64,000 bases of DNA from Bacteroidota bacterium (GCA_947492885.1 CANLPK010000003.1:2544-66543); one strand, 5' to 3'; shown: positions 1 to 9,152, counted from the stretch's first letter. Made by a program: numbers and translations. The notes: a model not told the origin generated them from the sequence alone.

Positions 1-2488
1 TAAACTTGTTCTCTGGAGTGTTATAAGCAGGAATAATTGGAACGGAGTCAACCTTTTTAAATTGGTTTAGTCGATTCCATGAATAGTTTCCACCCAATAC
101 AAAATACTTCTTGAAATAATAATTGGCATTCACCGAGAACCCTTGGGTAGTAACGCGATCACCTGCATTGGCTGCCACTCGGTACACTTGGTAATAATCG
201 AGTTTATTCAGGTTGTTGAATTGTGCATCAACACCCAATTTGTATCCAATAAAATCGCGGTAATAATTAAAATAATATCCAGCATCAACATAAATTCGTT
301 TCCAAAATTTCCCGCGAAAACCCACTTCAAAGGTTTTTACTTTTTCGGGTTGTACTGGGTTCACATTGAAATATTTTCCACGAGTGGTATCTTGTTTATC
401 AAGCACATCAACAAATGAACCTACAGTCATCAAATGATTGAAACCACTTACATTTCCCTTTAAGATGGCAGGCCCTACGTTATAGTATAGGTACTGATCA
501 AGCAAGGTTGGGTTACGTATGGCTGATGAGAAAGAGAATCGGAATATGCGATCGGCATTGTATGCATATACTAAAGATGCTGCTGGTGAGAAATTATATT
601 TAAAATTTTGATTTTTATCCAAACGGGCAGTGAGGTTTATTTTTAATTTATCGTCGAGTACTCTTTTTTCTAATCCTGCATAAAAGCCAAATTCCGAATT
701 GGTAATTTTTGAAGCACCCGTATCCGAGAAAATGGTACCTTGAGAAATAGGCATATACTTACGCATATTTCCACCAACAGTAATTTCGCAAAACGTCGGT
801 TTGAATTTATATTCCCCACGAATATGATACAGTGAAGAGCGATCGTACAATCGAGAGCCATACGATTCTTTGTTTAAAGAAATATTACGAGAAGTAATGA
901 GTTTGAATAACGAATCAAAGGCTGCCGTTCCTGGCTTTGCAAAAGCCGAATATCCAAAATTAGGATTGGCAGCATTGGAGTATTTGGCAGCATCATCATG
1001 CCATTGCTCTATCTTATTATTATTGGCTTTCATCACCGAATCGGCAGCTGCATAATTATACGGCGTGCCAAACACAAATTGAGGAAACCCTGGAAGACCC
1101 TGTACTTGAGGTACTATATTCGCATACCAGTAAGAGAAATAATCAATGGCCCATTTATCACTTGGCTTCGAGGTTTGTTGCATCAACGTTGCCGTAAGCA
1201 CTGCATCATATGAGTTGCCCGAATTTTCATTGGTAGCATAGGCCTGAACAAACCATTTGTTTTCTTTTCTTACTTCAAATCGATTCTGGAAGAAGAGAAT
1301 ATCTTTCAAACTCAATCGGTTTTCACCTTGATACACGGTGGTTCCAGTACCAAAATTAGAAGCCAAAATAAACTCTGTGCTATCTTTTAATTTATAGTTC
1401 AAAGAAACACTCGATTTGATATTTTTACTTTTATAATCTACGATATTTTTTTCTTCATACCCTGGACGATAGAATGCTCCTAAGCCCGGAACGATTCGAA
1501 AATAATTCGCCGAATCGGAATAGTTTTGAAAGGAGGAATACTCATCGCCATAACGGTTCACGGCATCATACCCTCCAGGGTTGCTTGCCTTACTTTTACT
1601 ATTGGTGATGGGGGCATAGTTGGTGGCTTCCCAATCATTGGCATGCATATAAAAGAAGTTTATTTTATATGCAAATTTTTCTTTCCCATCCTTATACCTA
1701 AACATATCGGCATATCGAATAGACGTTTCAAGCAATCCTCTTTCTCCGCCTTTCAACATCACACATAATCCTGGCGTAGTAAATGGGCTCTTGGTATTCA
1801 TGGATATTACTCCATTGAATGCATTCGGACCAAAATAGGCAGAGCTGGCTCCCGAAATGATATCAACGCTTTTTACATCAACCTCGGAAGCACCTAAAAA
1901 ATTACCTAATGAAAAATTGAGTCCGGGTGCTTGATTGTCAACCCCATCAATAACCTGCAAGCTCCGTACTGGCGAAGTGCTATTAAATCCTCGGGTATTC
2001 ACCACCTTAAAACCAATACTGGCAGCGGTAATATCCACGCCTTTCATTTGCCCCAATCCATCATAGAAATTGGCGGCTGGCGTTTCTTTAATGGCTATCA
2101 CATCCATTTGTTCTACTGTCAATGGATTGAGTTTTTGCTTTTCCTTGATACGGTCACCTACCACATCTACACCCGCTAAGTCAACCTTAGTGGGTGTGAG
2201 TTTTACTGCAATGGGTTTGCTGATATCGGTTACAGTTACCTTCTTTTTCTCATACCCTACATACGAAACAATCAATGCAAAAGGAGGCTTGACCACTTCC
2301 TTAATAACCAATTTGAAATTCCCCCGTACATCGGTAGTGATTCCATTTTGGGTGCCTTCAAGCAAAATCGAGGCGCCAATGATTTCTTCGTTGGTAGTAT
2401 TATCGCGTACACTTCCAGTAATCACTGTTTGCGACTTGACTGAATTGAATATAAAAAGAATACTTAGTAATGTAAAAACCTTCCTCAT
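1..2488 (-). CDS. TonB-dependent receptor (CarboxypepD_reg + plug + barrel), N-terminal ~829 codons; C-terminus lies beyond the left window edge
   Basis: Absent from the ORF track because it has no stop in the window. Own reverse-complement translation from ATG (rc of 2486-2488): MRKVFTLLSILFIFNSVKSQTVITGSVRDNTTNEEIIGASILLEGTQNGITTDVRGNFKL (signal peptide + carboxypeptidase-regulatory-like domain). Then plug-like LNPLTVEQMDVIAIKETPAANFYDGLGQMKGVDI...SLQVIDGVDNQAPG...SGASSAYFGPNAFNGVI. The frame is still open at base 1. The + strand ORFs here are short antisense artefacts. Confidence 0.85.
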   Translation of the reverse strand, partial: MRKVFTLLSILFIFNSVKSQTVITGSVRDNTTNEEIIGASILLEGTQNGITTDVRGNFKLVIKEVVKPPFALIVSYVGYEKKKVTVTDISKPIAVKLTPTKVDLAGVDVVGDRIKEKQKLNPLTVEQMDVIAIKETPAANFYDGLGQMKGVDITAASIGFKVVNTRGFNSTSPVRSLQVIDGVDNQAPGLNFSLGNFLGASEVDVKSVDIISGASSAYFGPNAFNGVISMNTKSPFTTPGLCVMLKGGERGLLETSIRYADMFRYKDGKEKFAYKINFFYMHANDWEATNYAPITNSKSKASNPGGYDAVNRYGDEYSSFQNYSDSANYFRIVPGLGAFYRPGYEEKNIVDYKSKNIKSSVSLNYKLKDSTEFILASNFGTGTTVYQGENRLSLKDILFFQNRFEVRKENKWFVQAYATNENSGNSYDAVLTATLMQQTSKPSDKWAIDYFSYWYANIVPQVQGLPGFPQFVFGTPYNYAAADSVMKANNNKIEQWHDDAAKYSNAANPNFGYSAFAKPGTAAFDSLFKLITSRNISLNKESYGSRLYDRSSLYHIRGEYKFKPTFCEITVGGNMRKYMPISQGTIFSDTGASKITNSEFGFYAGLEKRVLDDKLKINLTARLDKNQNFKYNFSPAASLVYAYNADRIFRFSFSSAIRNPTLLDQYLYYNVGPAILKGNVSGFNHLMTVGSFVDVLDKQDTTRGKYFNVNPVQPEKVKTFEVGFRGKFWKRIYVDAGYYFNYYRDFIGYKLGVDAQFNNLNKLDYYQVYRVAANAGDRVTTQGFSVNANYYFKKYFVLGGNYSWNRLNQFKKVDSVPIIPAYNTPENKF

Positions 2489-2534
2489 GTAATTATAAAT
2501 ATTTTGCAATATAGAAAATGATTTGAGAAATGAA

Positions 2535-2562
2535 CAAGTATTCAAATATTTTTGAATACTTG
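2535..2562. promoter_or_regulatory. Perfect inverted repeat CAAGTATTCAAA-TATT-TTTGAATACTTG; candidate operator in a divergent promoter region
   Basis: Read directly: 12-bp arms at 2535-2546 and 2551-2562 are exact reverse complements with a 4-nt spacer. The centre lies about 60 nt upstream of the TonB receptor ATG (2488, minus) and about 220 nt upstream of the + strand operon start (2767). Confidence 0.35.
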
Positions 2563-2766
2563 CACTGTGTATCAGGGCCTCTTTTTCAAGCCGATGAGTA
2601 GAAATATTTGTGACAATATCTCAATCATCAATTTTTCAAAAATATGTTTTATACAAATTGATCCCTTTCATTGTAGGCAATGGTAGACAAACACGCACTT
2701 ATAGCCGATTATCAACGAATAAGTTAGGATTAGATAGCCGGTGTTTTTTTGTTATTTCGGAAACTC

Positions 2767-4314
2767 ATGAGAAGGGGTTATCTTTTTATTTTATTGCTAT
2801 CGATGGGGTTGCGCACCGTCACTGCCCAAACGGGGTGGCAGGATTGGCACACCATCTATAACGACAATGATATTAAGGTGGAATTCCAATTGTATTATTC
2901 GGATAATAGCTGTGATGATGATGGTAAATTATTCAAGTACAGAACGCGACTAACAGGGCAATACCGCACCCGCCCGCATTATCTCAATTGGAAAATGAAT
3001 TATATCGATTGCAACTATAATTTATTTTATCAGGAGTTGTATGTCGAACTCTATCGCCCTGGTGGCGGCTATGTCGATGGATTAATTTTTGAATCGCTCG
3101 ATAACCGCTTTCAAGCCATCATGATGATACAGCCTTCTTATGATGTGGATGCCTCGCGTTTCAAGCATAACGAATCGGGGATGATGCCTCGTGCCTATTC
3201 GGTAAAACCCGATGGCATTGATAGCTTCACCATCAACGGCTATACCAACCTCGCCATCAGCACAGGCTATTTGGGCGTGGAAGCCGAATGGTGCTGGTAT
3301 GACAACGACTGTCGTGGCAAGCGCATCGGACGTGGCAAACGCATCAAAGTAAAACCTATTGAAACTACCACCTATTTCGTCAGGGCGGAAGGCGATGGAT
3401 TTAAAACCAAATGCACTCAAATAACCGTAATTGGTAGCGGAATAAAGCCTAAGGTTCCAAATGAAGAACCTCCAGTAGTCATCTCCGTTGCCGATGAAGT
3501 GCGTGAAAGCAAAAGCATTGCTCCTCGAGGAATCATCGCTCCCAAAATTGCATGCATCGGCGATCCCATGACGTTGTATGTAGATAGTGGTAAACTCGAA
3601 TCGAATACACAATGGGTTTGGTACTCCGACGAATCGATGAAAAATATTATCGGTACTGGCGATTCACTCATCGTAACTCCAACAACAAAAGCCACCTATA
3701 CCGTGAGAGGAGTAGGCTATCAGGATACAACATCCAATGTAACAGTAGAGATTCCAGTGATACCTAAATCTAATGAACGATTCTCCATCGTATATAAACC
3801 AAGGCCTGTATGCGAAGGTGAAAAAGTAGAACTGGAAATAGATAATTTTTTACCCGACGATGATGGGATCTTCAATTGGTATGCCGACTCCTTGACGAGC
3901 CCCGTGGTGGCTTCCGGAGCTTTTGTTACTTTCTTTCCATTACAAACTACCACCTACTTCGCGAGTCGCGATGGGGTATGTAATGCATCGAATGGTACAT
4001 GGGTAAAGGTGATTGTCGATCCGAAGTCGAATATTGAGGGTGCTCGAATTCTTCGCCCCGATTCTATCTTCGAATGGGAACGAGCAACCTTACGCGTGGC
4101 AGGTGGCTTCTTGGGAAAAGATGCCGTGTGGAATTGGTATAAGGATACGTGCCGCCCCGAAAAGCTTTTCGCACAAGGAGATACGGCTGTTATCGATATT
4201 CATCGCACCACCAAAATTTTGGTGAAAGCCATCGGACGATGTAATGAAACATCCACCTTCGAATTAGTAATTGACCCACTGAAAGCTAGATTTTTCTATC
4301 GCAAACCCGATTGA
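2767..4314 (+). CDS. Exported protein: N-terminal unknown domain + four tandem ~80-aa Ig-like modules with a W-x-W-Y motif
   Basis: ORF 2749-4314 (TTG); the ATG at 2767 gives MRRGYLFILLLSMGLRTVTAQ (signal peptide). Four repeats: AEWCWYDN..TTTYFVRAEG, TQWVWYSD..KATYTVRGVG, GIFNWYAD..TTTYFASRDG, AVWNWYKD..TTKILVKAIG. Confidence 0.8.
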   Translation: MRRGYLFILLLSMGLRTVTAQTGWQDWHTIYNDNDIKVEFQLYYSDNSCDDDGKLFKYRTRLTGQYRTRPHYLNWKMNYIDCNYNLFYQELYVELYRPGGGYVDGLIFESLDNRFQAIMMIQPSYDVDASRFKHNESGMMPRAYSVKPDGIDSFTINGYTNLAISTGYLGVEAEWCWYDNDCRGKRIGRGKRIKVKPIETTTYFVRAEGDGFKTKCTQITVIGSGIKPKVPNEEPPVVISVADEVRESKSIAPRGIIAPKIACIGDPMTLYVDSGKLESNTQWVWYSDESMKNIIGTGDSLIVTPTTKATYTVRGVGYQDTTSNVTVEIPVIPKSNERFSIVYKPRPVCEGEKVELEIDNFLPDDDGIFNWYADSLTSPVVASGAFVTFFPLQTTTYFASRDGVCNASNGTWVKVIVDPKSNIEGARILRPDSIFEWERATLRVAGGFLGKDAVWNWYKDTCRPEKLFAQGDTAVIDIHRTTKILVKAIGRCNETSTFELVIDPLKARFFYRKPD

Positions 4315-4377
4315 GAATGATGCTCATAAAACGAAGAGCGATTGCCGTGTTTTAAGTAATCATAATACCAAAAAGAA

Positions 4378-5160
4378 ATGAAACGATTTTTTTCAAATCC
4401 CCTCAATTGGCTACTATTGCTGCTTTGCATGGCATTTATGCTGGTGCTCGCATTCATTACCAAGGTTGATTATGCTTCTGATATCCCAGTAGAAAAGCAA
4501 GCACCATTGGCTAATAGTTACGATATCTATGCCTTACTTTCTACAACAGATAGCTTGGATCTTAAAGCATCATTTCCATATTCAAAATATTTGGATGAGG
4601 CCAACTTGTACGATGTATTAAGGATGCGCTCCGACCTGCGGGCCATGGATTCGATTCACAAAAATGATGAGATGCTAAACCAAGAAATTCTTTCCATTGC
4701 GCTCACCGAAAAATTGGAAGAGCGGATACAATCAGCTTACGACACCTACCACCCCGATACTTTAATTCGACTCTTGCAATGGGCCGAGAAATTCAATGCC
4801 TACTCTTTTATTGATGAACCCCGTGCTACCCTCTATCAGGTAATTTATAACCATTGGCTCAATGCAATTTCCAATGCACTTCAAGGTTATTATGAGAAGG
4901 ATGCAACAGTGAAGTACAATTACAAATTCCGTTACCTCTGCGACCGTTTAAAAGAGCAACAGTTTAGTACCCCAGTGAAAGGAACCTATTTCGAAAAAAT
5001 TATCTATCAGCTCATTCAAAAGAATGGCTCCTACTTATTCAATAAATTTTGGCATGCCACGTCGATTGCGTATAAACTGGTGGTATTATTGCTTGTATTG
5101 ATCGTTATATTTCCGTATATTTATATTTTTAAACGAAGTTCTGCGAACCCTAAATTATGA
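4378..5160 (+). CDS. Bitopic membrane protein of unknown function (N- and C-terminal TM helices, helical middle)
   Basis: 260-aa ORF. N-terminal LNWLLLLLCMAFMLVLAFI and C-terminal LVVLLLVLIVIFPYIYIF hydrophobic segments. Its stop overlaps the next start (ATGA at 5157-5160). Confidence 0.7.
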   Translation: MKRFFSNPLNWLLLLLCMAFMLVLAFITKVDYASDIPVEKQAPLANSYDIYALLSTTDSLDLKASFPYSKYLDEANLYDVLRMRSDLRAMDSIHKNDEMLNQEILSIALTEKLEERIQSAYDTYHPDTLIRLLQWAEKFNAYSFIDEPRATLYQVIYNHWLNAISNALQGYYEKDATVKYNYKFRYLCDRLKEQQFSTPVKGTYFEKIIYQLIQKNGSYLFNKFWHATSIAYKLVVLLLVLIVIFPYIYIFKRSSANPKL

Positions 5161-6044
5161 AGCTTGTCCCCGCCCTCATTTTATTCTTAATCATTACCTC
5201 TGCTTTCAAATCGGCCATGGCCCCTGGAGTTATTTCTCTTGGTTATGATGGTAACTATGTAGAAATTTCTTCAGTGAAATACAAGGAAGATCAGTTCAAT
5301 GTAATATACATGCATCGCGATGGAAACCGGGTGAAAGTGAAATACTTTGCCGCCGCCGATTTTAATGGCAATAATGTATTTAAACGTTATCAAAAATGGG
5401 TGGATGGCAAAAGCCTCATCCTCGTATCAAGTGGTACCTATATGGATTATGATGGAGTGCCTGTTGGGCTCACCATTGATAATGGTGTTGTAGTAAATAA
5501 AACACTGGCAAAAAATTTCGACGGACTGGTCATCGTGAATGCCAATGGCGGAATCACAGTAAGCAGCCTTAAAGAAGGTGACCTCAAACTAAAAGGTGAT
5601 GGCATTGATACCACAAAAAAATATGATTTACGCAAATCGGCTTGGGATATGCAAGCCTTTACCAAATGGGCGGTAGGCCATGAGGCAACCGTGTTTCAAT
5701 CGCATTTGCTCGTATACAAAAACAAATTGGATATCGCATTTCTCAACGCATCACCTGCCATTGCACCCCGTCGTTTTTTGGCTATTGGTAAAGATGAGAA
5801 GGGCAAGATTGTACACGCCATCATTCAATCATCAGAATATGCGACGCTCTATAATGGCTCTAAAAAAGCACTCGAATTTTTAAACGAGTTTAAAGATATG
5901 GAAGTCACCTTCATGATTAATTTAGATACTGGTGACCAGGATGTTTTTAAACTCTACGATAAGGATGGTACGACCAACAAAATGATTAAAGGTGCTAAGG
6001 ATATTAGTGTTGCCGTGAATTTGTTAGCTTATTATTTTCAATAA
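5157..6044 (+). CDS. Exported, divergent DUF2233 / phosphodiester glycosidase-like protein
   Basis: Signal peptide MKLVPALILFLIITSAFKSAMA. Aligns by eye with the 8216-9151 product: LILVSSGTYMDYDGVPVGL vs LMITNAGMYTADEDPEGL; TVFQSHLLVYKNK vs ATQSGPMLVINGK; FMINLDTGDQD vs ALFLDGAISK. Confidence 0.6.
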   Translation: MKLVPALILFLIITSAFKSAMAPGVISLGYDGNYVEISSVKYKEDQFNVIYMHRDGNRVKVKYFAAADFNGNNVFKRYQKWVDGKSLILVSSGTYMDYDGVPVGLTIDNGVVVNKTLAKNFDGLVIVNANGGITVSSLKEGDLKLKGDGIDTTKKYDLRKSAWDMQAFTKWAVGHEATVFQSHLLVYKNKLDIAFLNASPAIAPRRFLAIGKDEKGKIVHAIIQSSEYATLYNGSKKALEFLNEFKDMEVTFMINLDTGDQDVFKLYDKDGTTNKMIKGAKDISVAVNLLAYYFQ

Positions 6045-6052
6045 AAAATTAC

Positions 6053-8209
6053 ATGTCAAGTATTCGTTCGATATTTTTTATACTTCTAATTTTACTGGGT
6101 ATGCAAGTTGTTTCCCAAACAGAGATTGCGTATTACCCTTTCGATAATAGTGTGGCCGATTTTAGTGGTAATCATAACGACGGACAAATGAGAGGTGGCG
6201 TTAAAGCCACTGCCGACCGTTTCGGAAATCCATGTGCCGCAGTACAATTCAATGGCAAGGATGCCTTTATCGAAGTGCCAAATTCTCTTTCATTAGCATC
6301 TCCATTAAAAAGCTTTAGTGTGACATGCTGGTTTAAAATGGATAGTACCTACTTTACAAAAAACTATCGCTGGCTCACCATCATTTGTAAGGGCAATACC
6401 TTCGAAGAATATTATAATAATCCGCAGTATCGGGTGCAGATGTTTCAATCGCCCATTCAAAGTACCATCTCCATCAATACCGATTTTACTGAGTATGATA
6501 CCAATTTTGTAGCCCATACATTCACTTTTGGTCAATGGTATTTTTATGCGCTCACCTACGATGGTAGCTATGTAAGAGCCTATGTAGACAATATTAAAAT
6601 ATGGGAGTTTAAATATAGTAAAACGCTCAATGTAAATGTCGATCCGCTCAATATTGGAAAGGATGTACCAGGCGATTTAGAGTTTTTTTATGGGGCCCTC
6701 GATGAATTACATATTTTTAATGGAGCCATAACAGAAACAGAAATTACCGATTTATACAAACGAACTCCAGCAGTTGCTTCCTCCGAAACCATTGATATGA
6801 AATGCCCCGAGGATATGGAAGTAAGTAACGATCCCGGTCAATGTTATGCACGCGTAAATTTTAATAAGGCATCCATCGATGCGCATTGTGGCTCTGGGCG
6901 ATTGCGTCAAGTGAGTGGGTTACGCACCGGTGATAAATTTCCAATAGGTGCCTCTACCATTACCTATGAACTCACAACCAGCACTGGCACAGTGAGAACA
7001 TGCCAAAGCACCATCACCGTTGTAGATAAAGAAGCGCCACAATTTATTTGCCCTCGCGATACGGTAATCATTATCTCTGATATTAATGCTGCAGGAATGA
7101 TTTATCAATATACTATACCAAAGGCTACCGATAATTGCTCACATGCATCGGTAAAACTTGCTGCTGGACTGCCTTCTGGAGCCATGTTCCCCAAAGGAAA
7201 AACGGTGCTTCATTTTCAAGCTACCGATGATGCCAATAATATTTCCGATTGCAGCTTTGCGGTTTATCTCACTTCCGACTCCAATACGGTGGTGGTAGAT
7301 GCCGCGCAATGTATTGGTGATATTACCAAGGAAAGCGACTACGGATTATGCGGTGCAACAGTACGCTACTCTTTTCCCGAAGGAATGGATATTCGCAAAT
7401 ACCGGCAAGTAGAAGGTTTGAGCAGCGGAAGATTATTTCCTTGCGGCACCACCATCAACCGATTTCAACGCGAACGCTCCAATAAAATTATTGAAGAGTG
7501 TGCATTTAAAGTTACAGTGCTCGAGCATGAAGCTCCCATAATACAATGCCCCAATGATACCATTATTTATAGTAGTGCCAATGCTATATCCATGATTTAT
7601 AATTATGAATTGCCCATCGCAACAGATAATTGCGCCATCGATTCCTTGGTACTTATTCAAGGACCAGCAAGTGGGATGCCATTCATGATTGGGAATAACA
7701 GTATCACCTTCAAAGCCACCGACGCCAGTGGAAACACTACCCAATGCACGTTTCAAGTGATGGTGCTCGATACCAACGTCAACAAAAAAGATTCACGCGA
7801 GAAAACGGTTACCAAAATGTACTTACCCGATAAGGTAAGTTATACCCCCGATTTAAAATTCAATAAATGTCAATTGACTTTGGTTCTTTACGACGACGGT
7901 CAGGAAGACAATGATACGGTTTCTGTGTACTTCAACGGCGTAGAAATCGTGCAACACGAAATGATAAAATTGAAACAACATCATATCATCGTTCGAACTG
8001 TGATGCTGGAGCCCGGACAAAAAAATGATTTCATCGTGAAAGCATGGAACAACGGAAGCATCAGTCCCAATACCATCAAGATTGAGTTTTATGAAGGGGT
8101 ATATCACGAAAATGGATTGAACTTCAAAAAACAAACACCAAAAAAAGTTCGTGTATTGCACTCAAAACCAGGAGTGGCAGGGGCTATTTCAATTAGTTGC
8201 TCCAAATAA
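6053..8209 (+). CDS. Exported LamG (concanavalin A-like, Laminin_G_3) + 4x HYR-like repeat protein with an unassigned C-terminal domain
   Basis: Signal peptide, then YYPFDNSVADFSGNHNDGQMRGG..AVQFNGKDAFIEVP..GQWYFYALTYDG..GALDELHIFNGAITETEI (LamG_3 pattern). Four CP-x-D...Cys-framed ~80-aa modules (CPEDMEV.., CPRDTVI.., QCIGDIT.., QCPNDTI..) typical of HYR. The last ~135 aa are unassigned. Confidence 0.75.
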   Translation: MSSIRSIFFILLILLGMQVVSQTEIAYYPFDNSVADFSGNHNDGQMRGGVKATADRFGNPCAAVQFNGKDAFIEVPNSLSLASPLKSFSVTCWFKMDSTYFTKNYRWLTIICKGNTFEEYYNNPQYRVQMFQSPIQSTISINTDFTEYDTNFVAHTFTFGQWYFYALTYDGSYVRAYVDNIKIWEFKYSKTLNVNVDPLNIGKDVPGDLEFFYGALDELHIFNGAITETEITDLYKRTPAVASSETIDMKCPEDMEVSNDPGQCYARVNFNKASIDAHCGSGRLRQVSGLRTGDKFPIGASTITYELTTSTGTVRTCQSTITVVDKEAPQFICPRDTVIIISDINAAGMIYQYTIPKATDNCSHASVKLAAGLPSGAMFPKGKTVLHFQATDDANNISDCSFAVYLTSDSNTVVVDAAQCIGDITKESDYGLCGATVRYSFPEGMDIRKYRQVEGLSSGRLFPCGTTINRFQRERSNKIIEECAFKVTVLEHEAPIIQCPNDTIIYSSANAISMIYNYELPIATDNCAIDSLVLIQGPASGMPFMIGNNSITFKATDASGNTTQCTFQVMVLDTNVNKKDSREKTVTKMYLPDKVSYTPDLKFNKCQLTLVLYDDGQEDNDTVSVYFNGVEIVQHEMIKLKQHHIIVRTVMLEPGQKNDFIVKAWNNGSISPNTIKIEFYEGVYHENGLNFKKQTPKKVRVLHSKPGVAGAISISCSK

Positions 8210-8215
8210 AAATAG

Positions 8216-9151
8216 ATGAAGAACTCCAAACTAGCCATGCTTTTTTTAGGAATCATAGCCCTTGGCTTGGTATCATTTGGTTTCTTTAAAACAACAGCTC
8301 ATTCAATTTCTAGAGAATCATCGGTGATATCCATCGATTCATTTCAGGTTTATGTAGATGAGTATTTAAGGCTAAGTAAATCGGATAAAAAGAAGAAAGA
8401 GTTTCAAAAATTGTTGGTGAAGCTTCAACATTATGCGGCAACTATCAAACACAGTCGTACTGTATTGTTCAAGAACGTACGATACAACTTATTTGTTGCC
8501 GATTTAGATAGCGATATTATACAGCTTCATTTATTAAACCCGAAGTCTGGAATGCACCTTTTTTCCTTAGGTGCCGTGAAAAATTTATTGGAAACACAAA
8601 GCATACTTCCTCTCATGATTACCAATGCTGGAATGTATACTGCGGATGAAGATCCAGAAGGATTATTTGTATCCGAAAACAATAAAAGTTTTTTTGAGTT
8701 GGATACCGGTGGTGCTCGAACCAATGCAAATTTCTATCTCAAACCCAATGGTGTTTTTTACCTCGATAAATTAAATACCCCTCATATCGATACTACTGAG
8801 AGTGTGCAAAGGCTCAGCCCTGCAGCCATCAAGCAATGGAAGCTTGCTACACAGTCGGGCCCCATGCTCGTAATCAATGGTAAAATTCATCGAGCATTTA
8901 TTCAAGAATCAAAGAATTTGAAAATAAGAAGTGGGGTAGGAGTGATGCCGAGTAAAACGAAGGTGGTTTTCGCCATCACACTCAATGAGTCAAATTTCTT
9001 TGATTTCGCCACCTTTTTTAAGGATGTTTTTCAATGCCAAAACGCATTGTTTTTGGATGGAGCTATTTCTAAAATGTATCTCTCTGATCTTCATCCAAAA
9101 GAACTAGAAGGTAATTTTGGTCCGATGATTTCGGTATCTAAGAAGCACTAA
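8216..9151 (+). CDS. Phosphodiester glycosidase family (DUF2233 / NAGPA-like) protein, signal-anchored
   Basis: N-terminal TM LAMLFLGIIALGLVSFGFF. Family-like motifs: NAGMYTADEDPEGLFV, NFYLKPNGVFYLD, TQSGPMLVINGKIH, SGVGV..KVVFAIT, ALFLDGAISKMY. Confidence 0.7.
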   Translation: MKNSKLAMLFLGIIALGLVSFGFFKTTAHSISRESSVISIDSFQVYVDEYLRLSKSDKKKKEFQKLLVKLQHYAATIKHSRTVLFKNVRYNLFVADLDSDIIQLHLLNPKSGMHLFSLGAVKNLLETQSILPLMITNAGMYTADEDPEGLFVSENNKSFFELDTGGARTNANFYLKPNGVFYLDKLNTPHIDTTESVQRLSPAAIKQWKLATQSGPMLVINGKIHRAFIQESKNLKIRSGVGVMPSKTKVVFAITLNESNFFDFATFFKDVFQCQNALFLDGAISKMYLSDLHPKELEGNFGPMISVSKKH

Positions 9152-9152
9152 T

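Noticed and set aside
143-2492. Plus-strand ORFs in the first 2.5 kb (143-418, 870-1055, 998-1213, 1526-1768, 1931-2179, 2070-2492) and the minus ORF 670-861
   Set aside because: All are short, low-complexity looking, and antisense or out of frame to a continuous TonB-dependent receptor reading frame on the minus strand that runs off the window edge.
3082-3953. Minus-strand ORFs (3082-3612, 3417-3695, 3720-3953) antisense to the Ig-repeat protein gene
   Set aside because: They have no signal or domain features and odd composition. They are fully embedded antisense in a CDS with clear repeat architecture.
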